Shown here piece after piece: positions 28,239-38,401 of a DNA stretch of 54,666 bases. The notes beneath the pieces were generated by a model. That model saw only the letters and a list, made by a program, of their open reading frames with translations. It had not been told where the DNA came from and did no database searches. The stretch comes from a bacterium UBP6_UBA1196 (lineage in GTDB: Bacteria; UBP6; UBA1177). The stretch's first letter is position 1. Each line of letters opens with the position of its first letter. Made by a program: the position numbers and the translations under genes. The stretch is from assembly GCA_002310035.1 (NCBI GenBank), contig DBYC01000051.1, positions 1-54,666 on the forward strand, written 5' to 3'.

Positions 28239-29483
28239 CTATTCGTTGTCGCCGGTCTCCGGTTCGTCGGTGTCGGGTTCAACTGTATCGTCGGAATCAG
28301 GCTCAACTGTATCGTCGTTCTCGGGATCAGTCGGTTCGTCGGAATCAGGTTCAACGTTTTCGTCGTTCTCTGGTTCGTCCGTGCTGTCGCTGTCCGGCTG
28401 AGTGGGATCGTCGTCTGTTTCTGGCTCTTCTTCATCACCGTAGATCTTGCAGACATCGTAGCCTTCCGGTAGCTTTTCGTAAGCCAGAGGTGCGCCGAAC
28501 GGATGGTCGCTGAAGAACTGGATCATCGTCGCCGTCGTCGGGCCAGCAACTGTATGCGAGCCGCCATGGTTGCAGAGGATGACGTCGTGGCCGAAGTCGT
28601 GCAGATACTTCGCAGCCTTGTTTGCCATGATGTTGAAGTCGATGCTGAAAATAGGCGGCATTCCCCATGTGTCGACGCCTGCCTCGCCGGAGACTAGGAC
28701 CTGCGTGTATGCTGAGTGGTCAGCCTCCATCTCGGGCCACTGGATCAATGAACCTACAAGACCCATGCTGTCGTCGAGGGATGCAACGCTTTCCGGATCG
28801 GAGAAGTATGCGCCGGAGTAGGTGAACGCGCTGGCAACCTTTTCAGATCTGAGCTGAGCAATGCTGTTTGCGGTGATTGCGCCGGCGGAGAAGCCTGTAA
28901 CGTGGATGTGTTTATCGTCAACAGTCCATTTTTTGCCGATGCAGGCGAGAACTTCGTCGAACATGTCCGCTTCAGCGCTTCCGTCTGTGATGTTGAGCAT
29001 ATCCCATTCAAGTCCCTGCATTGTCTGGAGGCCGAAACGGTTGCTGTCGGATTCCGGAACTACAAGGATGAAGGGCATGGTCTCGTTGTCGACAAGACCG
29101 GAGAGGAATGAATCGAAGTTGTCGGCCGTGTCGCCGTAGCCGTGCCATGCGAAGAGTACCGGGATTTTTTCCATCGACTCCGCATTCTCCGGCAGACGGA
29201 GTATGAAGTGTCTCGGATATTCGCTGACCATCAGGTTTTTGTTCATGCCGTCAGCAACATTTTCGCAGTCGAGCGGTTCGACCGGTTCAGGCTCGGCAGG
29301 GTCAGTGTCAGGCTTTACAACAGGTTCTTCGTCGTTTTCAGCGTCGGAATCGGACGGTTCCTCATCAGAAATCTGATCTGTGTCGTTTTCCGGTTCCTCC
29401 TTTGGGTCGTTTTTTTTGTTGTCTCCGCAGGAAACAAGCAGAAAAAGTGATGCAGCAAGAACTGCCAAGAATAATTTTTTCAT
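28239..29483 (-). CDS. Lipoprotein alpha/beta-hydrolase (PHB-depolymerase/esterase-like) flanked by acidic low-complexity regions
   Basis: MKKLFLAVLAASLFLLVSCG lipobox. PVLFAWHGYGDTADNF and HVTGFSAGA (GxSxG nucleophile elbow). D/E/P-rich N-terminus and a C-terminal tail of ~35 acidic residues with repeated (D/E)(T/N)VEPDSD units. Confidence 0.65.
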   Translation of the reverse strand: MKKLFLAVLAASLFLLVSCGDNKKNDPKEEPENDTDQISDEEPSDSDAENDEEPVVKPDTDPAEPEPVEPLDCENVADGMNKNLMVSEYPRHFILRLPENAESMEKIPVLFAWHGYGDTADNFDSFLSGLVDNETMPFILVVPESDSNRFGLQTMQGLEWDMLNITDGSAEADMFDEVLACIGKKWTVDDKHIHVTGFSAGAITANSIAQLRSEKVASAFTYSGAYFSDPESVASLDDSMGLVGSLIQWPEMEADHSAYTQVLVSGEAGVDTWGMPPIFSIDFNIMANKAAKYLHDFGHDVILCNHGGSHTVAGPTTATMIQFFSDHPFGAPLAYEKLPEGYDVCKIYGDEEEPETDDDPTQPDSDSTDEPENDENVEPDSDEPTDPENDDTVEPDSDDTVEPDTDEPETGDNE

Positions 29484-29688
29484 AATTCCTCCAAAATAAA
29501 AGAAATAAAAAACTTCAGAATTTTAAGTAAGGACAAATTTTGGTCAAGAAGGGACGGTCAGTTTTTTGTAAAATCTGCATAAACTGCGATTCTTTTTGTT
29601 GTCGATCGCGTGATAAATAATTTCCAAAGCGATTGTATAATAAATCTTTGTTTGCGCAACTAAAATATTAATATTAAATTAAAAAATA

Positions 29689-29716
29689 TTGACAATGAAA
29701 CTTGTTGTCTTATGCT
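29689..29716 (+). promoter_or_regulatory. Candidate sigma-70 promoter (TTGACA-N16-TATGCT) for the 29766 gene
   Basis: Hexamers read directly in the AT-rich divergent intergenic region, about 50 nt upstream of the start codon. Confidence 0.35.
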
Positions 29717-29765
29717 GTACGAGTGACAAAGTTGTTTAATAATCTTTTTGCTTGGTGAGGGTTGC

Positions 29766-30782
29766 ATGAAAAATTTTAAAATTTGTTTTGCTGCTCTGGC
29801 GGTGGCGCTCCTTCTTTTGTCATGCGGAGTTGATAAGCCTGATATGGGCGGAGGCTCCGTGTCGCCGGACCGTGATCATTCAACTGATTCGGATATCTCA
29901 GAGGAGCCGGATCAGCCTGAAAGCAGCCGTCCGGAAAACGATCCTGACGCCGATAAGGAGGATGCCGGATACGGATCCCGCGATGAAGACAACGCTGAGT
30001 GGCGGGAAGATGCGGATCCTATTGAAAGCGAGGATCCTGATTCCACGGAAGATGCGGATCTTGTCGAAACCGAGGATCTCGATTCTCTGGAAGAAGCGGA
30101 TTTTGACGATTTTGAGGAGCCGGATCTTTCAGAAAATGAAGACTCGGATATTTCGGATGGCGGCGATCCGGATCTCCACGGCGAGGACTCGGACGCTGTT
30201 GAAGATCCTGACGAATCCAGTGATTCGGACTTTTCCGAATCCGGAGATGAGGATGAAGATAACGGAGTGGTGGGACCTCAGTTTGCCAACGGAGATATGC
30301 AGAACTGGGTCGACGGTGCTGTCACGGGCTGGAAAAAGAGCGAGGGGGCGCTTGCGGCGCTGACTTTGGAAAAGGAGGATACCGGCGGCGGAAACTTTGC
30401 GCTAAAGGTGACTCAGCCGCAGAACAGCAAAAATAAGCCGGGATTCGAATCCGAAGAGTTTGAGACTTCGTTGGAGAGTCCGCTCCCGCAACGGATAGAC
30501 TTCAGGGTGAAAACCGGCGCTGTTTCCAAGATCGCTGCAGAGCTTGTATGCGGGGAAACAAGTTTGAAATATAAATATATTGATGAAACAAAAACATTCG
30601 TAAAGTCAGGGAATTATTCGTACAATCAAATCGAGCTCCCCTCCTGGACGACTCTCTCGATAGAATTCGGCGAGGAGATGACATCCGAATTTTGGCAGGG
30701 GCAGCTCTGCAGGCTCTCCTTCAAGACAGGCTCCGGTCTGGATTTTGACGCCAGTTTTGATGATTTTAGGATAATCTACTGA
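29766..30782 (+). CDS. Lipoprotein with a long D/E-rich linker and a C-terminal beta-rich (possibly carbohydrate-binding-like) domain
   Basis: The ATG at 29766. MKNFKICFAALAVALLLLSCG lipobox, about 150 aa of acidic repeats (EDPDS/EDLDS), then a globular ~160-aa C-terminus. Confidence 0.55.
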   Translation: MKNFKICFAALAVALLLLSCGVDKPDMGGGSVSPDRDHSTDSDISEEPDQPESSRPENDPDADKEDAGYGSRDEDNAEWREDADPIESEDPDSTEDADLVETEDLDSLEEADFDDFEEPDLSENEDSDISDGGDPDLHGEDSDAVEDPDESSDSDFSESGDEDEDNGVVGPQFANGDMQNWVDGAVTGWKKSEGALAALTLEKEDTGGGNFALKVTQPQNSKNKPGFESEEFETSLESPLPQRIDFRVKTGAVSKIAAELVCGETSLKYKYIDETKTFVKSGNYSYNQIELPSWTTLSIEFGEEMTSEFWQGQLCRLSFKTGSGLDFDASFDDFRIIY

Positions 30783-30787
30783 ATTTA

Positions 30788-31396
30788 TTATACAATCACC
30801 CCTGTACCAAATTGGTCAGGGCGGTGGAAGTCGGGTCTTTCGGATTCAACAGGGTTCCACATGCCGTAGTGGGAGAGCCCAGTTTTCGGATCAAGACCGG
30901 TCTTATAAAAGTTGAGTCCGAATTCAAAACCCTCTTTTATCTGGTCTGTGTCAAAACCGTGGTAGAGGCTTTTGACTTTGCTGAGCGGCAGTGTCACCTC
31001 CAGTTGCCATGAATCGCATGCTTTCCTGGCGGTGACGGTCGTGATCCCGCAGAGCCTTGTTCTCATCTGACGTGACTCTCCGAACTCTTCGAGCTTGTTG
31101 CCGCGGGAGTTCATCTCGACGTTCAGATATCCATCTGCGCCGAATTTTACAAAGAGTTCCATTACTGAATCAAGCCAGATCTTATCGCCGTTTTCATTGC
31201 AGTTTGCCCAGGGATCCGGCTGAAGGCAGACCATCCGGCAGACAAATTTCTGGCCTTTCACCAGAACGAGCTGCGCCCGGGCTTCAAATTTTTCTGCACT
31301 CTGCCAGCCGTAATTATCGATCTGCGCTGCCGGAACAGTGCTCCAGTCAACTGATCTTTCGCTCCCATAGCTCATTACGGAATACCTTTTTTTCAT
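30788..31396 (-). CDS. CBM9-like/DOMON-like carbohydrate-binding family protein (no signal peptide)
   Basis: 202 aa. Pattern ...F.AR.QLV......F.CRM.C.......D.IWLDSVMELFV.....GYLN.E.N..G.... ending in ...PDFHRPDQFG, typical of the CBM9_2 family. Confidence 0.45.
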   Translation of the reverse strand: MKKRYSVMSYGSERSVDWSTVPAAQIDNYGWQSAEKFEARAQLVLVKGQKFVCRMVCLQPDPWANCNENGDKIWLDSVMELFVKFGADGYLNVEMNSRGNKLEEFGESRQMRTRLCGITTVTARKACDSWQLEVTLPLSKVKSLYHGFDTDQIKEGFEFGLNFYKTGLDPKTGLSHYGMWNPVESERPDFHRPDQFGTGVIV

Positions 31397-31512
31397 AAAA
31401 ACCTCCCGATTTTTGCTTCGAGTAAACCTATGCTGCGAAAAAAATCGACTAAAAATTGTAAAAAACCAAAGAAAAAAGAGAATTTTGCGTTTTTAGTTTT
31501 GCAGGAGGGATT

Positions 31513-32421
31513 ATGTTTAAAAAGCTTGACTCTGTTTTTGCGATTTGTCTGCTTCTTGCAGTTTTTGTCTTCGTCTCCTGCGGCGATGGCGGCAAAAGCT
31601 CGGGAGAGGGGACGCAACCGGCTCCGGACGGGGAGAAGACTTCTGTTGACTCGGACGGCGCGTCCGGCGGCGATAATGAAACTCCGGTCGTTCCGGGAGA
31701 TGATGACAACAGCGGGGGTCAGTCCGGCGGCGGAGAGGCTGAGCCTTCGGATGACAGCGAGCCAGCAACTCAGCCGGACGGCGATCCAGCGGTCCAGTCG
31801 GATGAGAGTGCCGCCCCGGACAACGATAATCCCGGCGGAGAGGAGAGCGGCCCGAAAAAGTGCCGTACGAGCTGCAAGAGCGCGGCGGACTGCGTAGTCA
31901 GCGGGGCGAACGCGTTTACGGACGAGGACAACTACGAGTGCAGAAACGGCGACTGCATATACAAAGGCTGCCTGAACGACGACGAGTGCCAGGCTGTTTA
32001 CGGCGCGATACCGAACAAAACGTACAAATGTAATCCGGAGGGCTCTTACGGAACAGCCGAGTGCACGCCGACCTGTTCGGCCGCAAGCGACTGCAGCATG
32101 TACAGGGATGCCTACGGAGACACTACGGAGTATCCGTATGACAACGACAACTATGAATGCAGAAACGGCTTTTGCGTCTACACAGGCTGCAACAGCGATG
32201 CCGAGTGCGATAAAATTTCCTCGGAATATGTGCAGATGAAGTGTGTCCAGCCGGAATATTATTCAAACGGGATCCGTATTTGCACGACATTCTGCTCGGA
32301 TGCTTCCGAATGCGGAGATACCGGGATCTACGACTGCATCGACTATCAGTGCGTCGCGAAGGATTGTTCCGATACCGAGTGGTGCAGGCAGAATTTCGGA
32401 GAAGAGTTTACCTGCCGGTGA
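31513..32421 (+). CDS. Lipoprotein with acidic linker and repeated Cys-rich modules
   Basis: MFKKLDSVFAICLLLAVFVFVSCG lipobox. Repeated D(E/N)DNYECRNG(D/F)C(I/V)Y(K/T)GC(L/N).D.EC modules. Confidence 0.6.
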   Translation: MFKKLDSVFAICLLLAVFVFVSCGDGGKSSGEGTQPAPDGEKTSVDSDGASGGDNETPVVPGDDDNSGGQSGGGEAEPSDDSEPATQPDGDPAVQSDESAAPDNDNPGGEESGPKKCRTSCKSAADCVVSGANAFTDEDNYECRNGDCIYKGCLNDDECQAVYGAIPNKTYKCNPEGSYGTAECTPTCSAASDCSMYRDAYGDTTEYPYDNDNYECRNGFCVYTGCNSDAECDKISSEYVQMKCVQPEYYSNGIRICTTFCSDASECGDTGIYDCIDYQCVAKDCSDTEWCRQNFGEEFTCR

Positions 32422-32449
32422 TTGATTTGTGGTTTTTCAGGAGGATATT

Positions 32450-32665
32450 ATGTCGATAAGCAAGGTCGGGGACGCAGCAAAACAGAAGCTTTTTCTGGTT
32501 CACTTCAAGGACGGCTACATCAAGGCGGTGATAGCCGTGACGACAGACCAGATCAAGGCGGATCTGGCAGCTGCCGACGAGCCCGGACGCGGAGTCGGGG
32601 ATATCGAAAAGATCGTTCTCGAGCAGAACTATTACCCGCAGAATGAAGATTATTTTGATGTTTAG
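32450..32665 (+). CDS. Small hypothetical protein (71 aa)
   Basis: The ATG at 32450 follows AGGAGGA. No signal peptide. Sits between two lipoprotein genes. Confidence 0.45.
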   Translation: MSISKVGDAAKQKLFLVHFKDGYIKAVIAVTTDQIKADLAAADEPGRGVGDIEKIVLEQNYYPQNEDYFDV

Positions 32666-32675
32666 AGAGGATAAA

Positions 32676-33755
32676 ATGAAGACAAAATTTTTGGCAGCCA
32701 GCCTGGTGTTCCTGCTTCTGTTTTCTGTTTCGTGCGGAAGCGGTGACGGCGGATACGGCGACTACGGAGATTCAGGAGACTCGGGACAGGCTCCCGACAA
32801 AGACAACGACAGCGCGAAACCGGATTCCGGAGATTCCGGTGCTGCTGCAGATTCGGATGCAACAGATACTGCGCAGGAACAGGATGAGGATGCCGTTGAT
32901 CCCGGCGAGCCGGACGAGGACGAGGCGGAGATCCCGGACGAGGGACCTGTCGACGAGCCCGGGAGCTGCTTTGACATCCTTGCCTGCATCAATAACTGCC
33001 CGGAGGGGGATACCGGCTGCGTGAGCGGATGCTACAACATCGGAAACGATGCCGGACAGGAGAATTACCGTGCATGGAGAAACTGCTACAATGCGGCGTG
33101 CGGCGAGTTCGAGAGCTGGAATCTGGAATGCTCTTCCGAAAACTGCCCCGACGAGACGGAACTGTGCGATCTCGAGGCTGCGATGAAGAGCAAGGTCGAG
33201 TATCCGGCGCCTTACGGATCGCTCAAGATCGCGGCGGAATACAACGCCATGATCTACGATTTGCCGAACGATGAGGGCGACGAGGCCCTTGTGCTTCTCG
33301 AGAGCTATGCCAAGGGAAAAATCTCAACAAAGGATATCGGCAAGGGCACGACTCTTTCGTTCGTCCACAACTACGCGAGCGGAGGCGTCGAATGGATAGA
33401 GGTCTTCCAGGCGCCGTTCAGCAAATCGACGATGACTATCGGGACTCCCGGCGTGATGCTTCGCTTCAGAAAGGATAAGATCGCGGTCGGCGAGGCTCAG
33501 CTTGGTATCGGGTTAGACGGTGACGCTCTTCTGATCGTCGTCGACATCGACAAAAACTACAACATCAAGTGCTATCACGCATTCGGTGCCGGAAGCGTAA
33601 ATGTCGAAAAACTCAATATAGTGTGGAACACGCCAGGAGGAGATCTGAAACTCAGCAGCGGCGATATCGAGCTCTTCAGCCCGAGGAATGTCCCTGAACT
33701 CGGCGGCGATGCCCGTGCGGTCCTGGGCGTAGAGGCCTGCCAACTTATCAAATAA
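32676..33755 (+). CDS. Lipoprotein with G/D/S-rich acidic linker, Cys-rich segment and beta-rich C-terminal domain
   Basis: The ATG at 32676 follows GAGAGG. MKTKFLAASLVFLLLFSVSCG lipobox. CFDILACINNCPEGDTGCVSGC... Cys cluster. Confidence 0.6.
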   Translation: MKTKFLAASLVFLLLFSVSCGSGDGGYGDYGDSGDSGQAPDKDNDSAKPDSGDSGAAADSDATDTAQEQDEDAVDPGEPDEDEAEIPDEGPVDEPGSCFDILACINNCPEGDTGCVSGCYNIGNDAGQENYRAWRNCYNAACGEFESWNLECSSENCPDETELCDLEAAMKSKVEYPAPYGSLKIAAEYNAMIYDLPNDEGDEALVLLESYAKGKISTKDIGKGTTLSFVHNYASGGVEWIEVFQAPFSKSTMTIGTPGVMLRFRKDKIAVGEAQLGIGLDGDALLIVVDIDKNYNIKCYHAFGAGSVNVEKLNIVWNTPGGDLKLSSGDIELFSPRNVPELGGDARAVLGVEACQLIK

Positions 33756-33764
33756 GAGGCTAAA

Positions 33765-34769
33765 ATGAGAAAATTTCTTGTGATTTCATTCTGTTTCATT
33801 GCTTTTTTCGTCTCCTGCGGGAGTGCGGAAAAGGCTAAACCCAGGGAGGAGGCTCCCGAGGTCAGCGAAGAGAGTGCCGAGGAGCCTGCAAATCCCGACG
33901 GGATAACCGATATCGGGATCCACAACCTCAAAAACGGCGACCAGTACATCGGCGGCTTCAAAGACCACAAAAAGTTCGGTCAGGGCGAATACCGCTATGC
34001 CAACGGAGACCACTACAAAGGCAACTTCGAGAACGGTCTCTACAACGGTCAGGGCGAGCTGAAGCTGAAAAACGGAACGGTCTATTCCGGCGAATTCAAG
34101 GACGGCAAACGCGACGGTGCTGGCACGCTGACTCTCCCGAGCGGAGATGTCTACGACGGTGATTTTGCTAACGATCTGATCGACGGCGAGGGTACCTACA
34201 GATTCAAGGACGAGCGCGAGTACCGCGGTCACTTCGAAAAGGGCGAACGCCACGGCCAGGGTACGATGACCTTCCCGAGCGGCGCGGTCTACACCGGCGA
34301 GTTCAGGCACGACAAGCGCAGCGGCAGGGGAACGATGACCTTCCACAACGGAGTCGTCTACGAGGGCGATTTCTTCGAGGGAAAGCGTGACGGTCTCGGC
34401 AAGCTCACGATGGCGAACGGGGACGTCTACGAAGGCGAGTTCAGCCGCGATGCCATGCACGGCAAGGGCGTCTACAAGTTCAAGAACGGTGACGTCTACA
34501 CAGGAAAAATGAACCAGAACAAAATCACAGGCAAAGGAAAAAAAGAGACAAAAACAGGTACCTATTCCGGTGGTTTCCTTGACGGCGCCTATCACGGGAT
34601 CGGCAAGATCGAGCATAAGGACGGCAAGGTCGAGCACGGTATCTGGGAGAGCGGCAGAAAGGTGAAGGATCTTCCTCCGTCGGCCTCGGACGAACTTGAA
34701 GAGGAGGAGCCCGCTAGTGCGGAAGATGACGGATCTGAGGGGGATGTGATCGAGGATTGGGACGAATAA
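33765..34769 (+). CDS. MORN-repeat lipoprotein
   Basis: MRKFLVISFCFIAFFVSCG lipobox. About 10 tandem Y.G.F.(D/N)G.(R/K).G.G MORN units. Acidic C-terminal tail. Confidence 0.8.
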   Translation: MRKFLVISFCFIAFFVSCGSAEKAKPREEAPEVSEESAEEPANPDGITDIGIHNLKNGDQYIGGFKDHKKFGQGEYRYANGDHYKGNFENGLYNGQGELKLKNGTVYSGEFKDGKRDGAGTLTLPSGDVYDGDFANDLIDGEGTYRFKDEREYRGHFEKGERHGQGTMTFPSGAVYTGEFRHDKRSGRGTMTFHNGVVYEGDFFEGKRDGLGKLTMANGDVYEGEFSRDAMHGKGVYKFKNGDVYTGKMNQNKITGKGKKETKTGTYSGGFLDGAYHGIGKIEHKDGKVEHGIWESGRKVKDLPPSASDELEEEEPASAEDDGSEGDVIEDWDE

Positions 34770-34884
34770 ACACCTTTTTTGACAACTCTTTTACAATATA
34801 AATTGCTTTTTGCGGTTCCCTCCTTAAAATCCCGCACGTAATTTTTTTTGAACGTTTTTTTGTTTATTAACAAGAGGTTGATTT

Positions 34885-36144
34885 ATGTTTCAGGACATCA
34901 GGAAAAAAGGTAGCTCGGTACTCGTTACGCTTATGTTCGCAGCTATCATTATTACCTTCGTTATCTCTTTCGGCCCCGGCGACGACCTGGGCTGCAGTTC
35001 ACGTCAGAACAATGCCGGCACAGTAAACGGCGAGGTCATCTCGACTTCGGAGTTCCGTTTCGCCTATTCGAATCTCTATGATTACTATCAGAGGATGATC
35101 AGAGATTTCAACAACGATATGGCAAGGCAGTACAACCTTTCCCAAAAGGCTATGGACGGCCTTATCGGTGAGATCCTTGTCGCTCAGAAGGCTGAAGAGC
35201 TCGGTTACAGAGTCTCAGACGAGGAGGTCAGTCAGGAGATCGTGAGCAATCCGTACTTCCAGAAGAACGGCGTTTTCGACAAGGAATCATACATGAACAT
35301 GGTCAAGTTCACGCTTAACACGAACGTTACCGCCTATGAGCACCGCGTCCGTATGCAGCTTTTGAGCAGAAAGCTGAGAAGCTTCATTCTCGACAACGTC
35401 TCCGTTTCGGACACCGAAGCCAAGGACGAATTTGTCGCTGCCGGTGAAAAGATCGACGGTTTTGTCTATGTCTTCTCCGACACGAACCTCAAGACCGAAG
35501 CAAGGAGCGCTCTTTTCAACGGTATCACCGACGAAGACGCGCAGAACTACCTCAAGGAGAACGAGGCAAAGGCTAAGCTTGCGTTTGACGACAACGTTTC
35601 AAAATACGCGAAAGAGGGCAACGAATCCGGAACGACGACCTTCGAGGATGTAAAGACCGACGTTGCGAAGGATATGCTCGTAAAGCCGAAGCTCGCTGAC
35701 AAGATCAAAGCTGATTCCGCGAAGCTTTTAGCTGCTCTCAAGGAGAAGAACGAAATGACTGCAGAGGAGATCTCGGCGCTTCTTCCCGACTGGGATATCG
35801 CGAAGAGAGAGATCTCAGGCGTGACCAGACGTTCGACCTTCGTCGCAGGCGTCGGCTTCAGCCCGAAATTCGTTGAAAAGCTCTACTCGAATCCTCAAAA
35901 AGGACTTCTTGACGAAGTCTTCGTAACTGAAGAGGACCGTTACGTCATCGCTTCTGTAACTGCACACACAGAGGCTGATCTTGCAGAGTTCGACAAGTCG
36001 AAGGCTCAGATCAAAGAGGCTCTTGCGATGCAGAAGAAGGCTCAGATCTATGAAAGCTACGTTGAAAACCTCAGAAAGAACGCGGACATCCAGCTCAATG
36101 CGGAATTCCTGAAGATTTTCACATCCACAGGCGCTGAAGAGTAA
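34885..36144 (+). CDS. PpiD/SurA-N-like membrane-anchored periplasmic chaperone (no obvious PPIase domain)
   Basis: An N-terminal single TM (VLVTLMFAAIIITFVISFG) followed by a SurA-N-like region (NGEVIS..EF...) is typical PpiD architecture. Confidence 0.6.
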   Translation: MFQDIRKKGSSVLVTLMFAAIIITFVISFGPGDDLGCSSRQNNAGTVNGEVISTSEFRFAYSNLYDYYQRMIRDFNNDMARQYNLSQKAMDGLIGEILVAQKAEELGYRVSDEEVSQEIVSNPYFQKNGVFDKESYMNMVKFTLNTNVTAYEHRVRMQLLSRKLRSFILDNVSVSDTEAKDEFVAAGEKIDGFVYVFSDTNLKTEARSALFNGITDEDAQNYLKENEAKAKLAFDDNVSKYAKEGNESGTTTFEDVKTDVAKDMLVKPKLADKIKADSAKLLAALKEKNEMTAEEISALLPDWDIAKREISGVTRRSTFVAGVGFSPKFVEKLYSNPQKGLLDEVFVTEEDRYVIASVTAHTEADLAEFDKSKAQIKEALAMQKKAQIYESYVENLRKNADIQLNAEFLKIFTSTGAEE

Positions 36145-36164
36145 TTTTAAAAAGGGAGACTGCT

Positions 36165-36737
36165 ATGCTTAATATCGCACTTTTCGGTGTTCCGGGTGCC
36201 GGCAAAGGCACACAGGCGAAGCTTCTTGCGGAGCGTTATCACCTTTCGCACATTTCGACAGGCGAACTCATCAGAAACGAGATCAAAAACGGTACGGAGC
36301 TCGGTAAAAAGGCCAAGGCGATCATCGACCGCGGCGAGCTTCTCGATGACGCGATCATCTCCGACATGTTCAAAAGCGAGCTGAAAAGGCTCATGAACAC
36401 TCCCGGACTGCTCTTCGACGGTTATCCGCGCACGCTGAAGCAGGCTGAGATCTTCGATGCCATGCTTAAGGAACTCGGCCTCAAGCTCGACTGTATGCTC
36501 GAACTTTCGCTTTCGGAAGAGGAGTCGACTGCAAGGATCCTGAAACGTGCCGAGATCGAGGGCCGTTCCGACGACAATCTGCAGACCGTAAAGGCGCGTT
36601 TCGACGAATACCGCAGCAAAACCGCTCCGATAGCAGACCACTACAAGGCTGCAGGGCTCTACAAGTGTCTGGACGGCACCGGCACGATAGACGACGTCCA
36701 GAAGAGGATCGTTGCTGTTCTTGAAGATCTCAAGTAG
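36165..36737 (+). CDS. adk: Adenylate kinase (short, lid without zinc cysteines)
   Basis: 190 aa, LFGVPGAGKGTQAKLLAERY...HISTGELIR... FDGYPRT..QA. Confidence 0.93.
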   Translation: MLNIALFGVPGAGKGTQAKLLAERYHLSHISTGELIRNEIKNGTELGKKAKAIIDRGELLDDAIISDMFKSELKRLMNTPGLLFDGYPRTLKQAEIFDAMLKELGLKLDCMLELSLSEEESTARILKRAEIEGRSDDNLQTVKARFDEYRSKTAPIADHYKAAGLYKCLDGTGTIDDVQKRIVAVLEDLK

Positions 36738-36739
36738 TT

Positions 36740-38392
36740 TCAGATATTTGAATATTCCTTAAATTTGTTTATCAGATTGTTCGTGGATTGATCGTGGGAT
36801 AAAACTCTGTCTCTGGTCTTGAGTTCCGGAACGATCTTTGTCGCAAGCTGTTTCCCGAGCTCTACGCCCCACTGGTCGAAGCTGAAGAGGTTCCAGATCA
36901 CGCCCTGAGTAAAGATTTTGTGTTCGTACATCGCTATCAGCATCCCGAGCCTCTCCGGGTCGAACTTTTTGACGAGGATAGAGGTCGTCGGGCGGTTGCC
37001 GGTGAAGATCTTGAAGGGCAGGAGCCTTGCGATCTCGGTTTCGCTTTTGCCTTTAGCTGCAAGTTCTGCCGTGACCTCTTCAGCCGTTTTTCCGTTCATC
37101 ATCGCCTCGGTCTGCGCAAAAAAGTTGGAGAGCAGGTTGATGTGGTGCTCTCCGATCGGGTTCAGCGAGACAGCCGGAGCGATGAAATCGGCGGAGATCC
37201 GTTTCGTCCCCTGGTGGATCAGCTGATAAAAGGCGTGCTGGCCGTTAGTTCCGGGTTCGCCCCAGATGATCTGTCCGGTCTGGTAGTCTGTCGGATTCCC
37301 CGCACGGTCCGTGCTTTTGCCGTTCGATTCCATGTCCGCCTGCTGAAGGTAGGCCGGAAGACGGTGGAGATACTGGTCGTAGGGTAGTACCGCGTGGGTC
37401 TCAAAGCCCATGAAGTTGTTGTGCCAGATGCCGAGAAGTGCAAGTATCACAGGGATGTTCCGCTCGAACGGAGCCTCCTGAAAGTGCCTGTCCATGAGGC
37501 TTGCGCCGAGCAGGAGCTTTTCGTAGTTTTCGTATCCTGCCGATATCGCGATGCTGAGTCCGATCGCGCTCCAGAGCGAATATCTGCCGCCTACCCAGTC
37601 CCAGAATTCGAACATGTTTTCAGGGTCGATCCCGAAATCAGTTACAGCTTTTGTGTTGGTCGAAAGGGCTGCGAAGTGCTTTGCAATGTCGCGCCCGGAG
37701 CCGCCGTTTTCTAAAAACCACTTTTTCGCGGTATTCGCATTAGTCATGGTCTCGAGAGTCGTGAAAGTTTTTGACGCAATGAGGAAAAGCGTTGTTTCGG
37801 GTCTGAGTTTTTTCAAAGTTTCCGCTATGTGCGTCCCGTCGATATTCGAGACGAAAAATACCCGAAGACCATCTTTCCAAAAAGGTTTCAGAGCTTCAGT
37901 CACCATCACGGGGCCGAGGTCGCTGCCGCCGATCCCGATGTTTACGATGTCAGTCACCGGCTTTCCCGAAAAACCGAGCCACTTTTTGTTTGAGACCTTG
38001 TCGGCAAAGGCTTTCATCTTGTTTTGGACGCGCCTGATGTCATCCTTTATGTTGCGACCGTCAAGAATTATCGGATCGTCTGAAAAATCACGGAGAGCTG
38101 TGTGCAAAACGGCCCTTTTTTCGGTCTCGTTTATCTTTTCTCCGCTGAACATCGCCGCAGCCCCCTCTCTGACACCCGCTTCTCCGGCAAGCTCAAAGAG
38201 AGTTTTCATAACATCTTCATCGATGAGATTTTTTGAATAGTCGAGAAAGATATCGCCGAAAGAAAGAGAAAACCTGTCAGCTCTTTCGGGATCTTCCTTA
38301 AAAAGCGTCCTCAGATCAAAAGTTTTACTTTTCTTAATATTTTCAAGTTTTTTCCAAGATCCGAACTGGGTTGGATTGTTCTTTGGCAGCAT
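36740..38392 (-). CDS. pgi: Glucose-6-phosphate isomerase
   Basis: 550 aa with canonical PGI motifs ([41 protein letters not shown]). Confidence 0.96.
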   Translation of the reverse strand: MLPKNNPTQFGSWKKLENIKKSKTFDLRTLFKEDPERADRFSLSFGDIFLDYSKNLIDEDVMKTLFELAGEAGVREGAAAMFSGEKINETEKRAVLHTALRDFSDDPIILDGRNIKDDIRRVQNKMKAFADKVSNKKWLGFSGKPVTDIVNIGIGGSDLGPVMVTEALKPFWKDGLRVFFVSNIDGTHIAETLKKLRPETTLFLIASKTFTTLETMTNANTAKKWFLENGGSGRDIAKHFAALSTNTKAVTDFGIDPENMFEFWDWVGGRYSLWSAIGLSIAISAGYENYEKLLLGASLMDRHFQEAPFERNIPVILALLGIWHNNFMGFETHAVLPYDQYLHRLPAYLQQADMESNGKSTDRAGNPTDYQTGQIIWGEPGTNGQHAFYQLIHQGTKRISADFIAPAVSLNPIGEHHINLLSNFFAQTEAMMNGKTAEEVTAELAAKGKSETEIARLLPFKIFTGNRPTTSILVKKFDPERLGMLIAMYEHKIFTQGVIWNLFSFDQWGVELGKQLATKIVPELKTRDRVLSHDQSTNNLINKFKEYSNI

Positions 38393-38401
38393 GATCCCTC
38401 C

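Noticed and set aside
28216-28401. A + strand ORF encoding a striking SGS/VSS repeat (SVSGSTVSSESGSTVSSFSGS...).
   Set aside because: It is the reverse-complement reading of the acidic D/E/P/T repeat tail of the esterase-like lipoprotein. The repeat is real, but this frame is not the coding one.
29788-31897. Alternative-frame ORFs rich in Arg/Ser/Thr (29788-30363, 31057-31398, 31430-31897) that overlap lipoprotein genes.
   Set aside because: They are out-of-frame readings of GA-rich acidic-linker DNA or are antisense to the CBM9-like gene. They have no start context or motifs.
33786-34637. A 283-aa minus-strand ORF with a repetitive sequence.
   Set aside because: It is antisense to the MORN-repeat gene, whose + frame gives textbook MORN units. 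The periodicity simply mirrors those repeats.
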